DNA of 64,000 nt from Daphnia carinata (taxonomy: Eukaryota): contig NC_081331.1 of the NCBI RefSeq assembly GCF_022539665.2, forward strand, positions 8,928,001-8,992,000, in the 5' to 3' direction. Of this stretch, positions 63,881 to 64,000 are shown one piece after another. The number at the start of each line of letters is the position of its first letter. Within the stretch, counting starts at the first letter, position 1. The position numbers were made by a program, and so were the translations under genes. The notes under the pieces were generated by a model that searched no databases, was not told the origin of the DNA, and worked only from the letters and a program-made list of their open reading frames with translations.

Positions 63881-64000
63881 TTGTTTCAACCTCTTTCACT
63901 CTTCTCCTGATTCCCTCGTGTTGTCACAAATGAATACAGGTCTAATGTTTACACTACCTTCTCATGTTCGAATACAGAAAAATAAACAGTGGGTGCGGAA

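Overview
This is compact, AT-rich, intron-rich animal DNA with most introns about 60-80 nt. An arthropod, probably a Daphnia-like branchiopod crustacean, is inferred from intron size, gene content and retention of miR-153. Genes in order: vigilin/HDLBP (+, 5' end at or beyond the window edge); an IA-2/PTPRN-family receptor-type PTP (+, 6583-29555) carrying a mir-153 hairpin in a PTP-domain intron; dynactin subunit 2 (-); a repeat-rich interval (about 35.3-47.6 kb) with 5'-truncated, intron-containing pseudogene fragments of Dlg5 (+) and ATAD1/Msp1 (-) tail to tail; a Y-box protein gene (-); the 3' half of UBR3 (-); and a DUF4803/Orion-like secreted protein gene (+) apparently nested in a UBR3 intron. 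The most notable signals are the mir-153/IA-2 host pairing, a colinear series of G:U-rich intronic helices bracketing the IA-2 juxtamembrane exon (skipping it gives an immediate stop), a possible antisense spliced transcript in a large IA-2 intron, and the repeat-bounded duplicated Dlg5/ATAD1 block. Exon boundaries were read by eye and may be off by a few bases. No database searches or folding computations were run.
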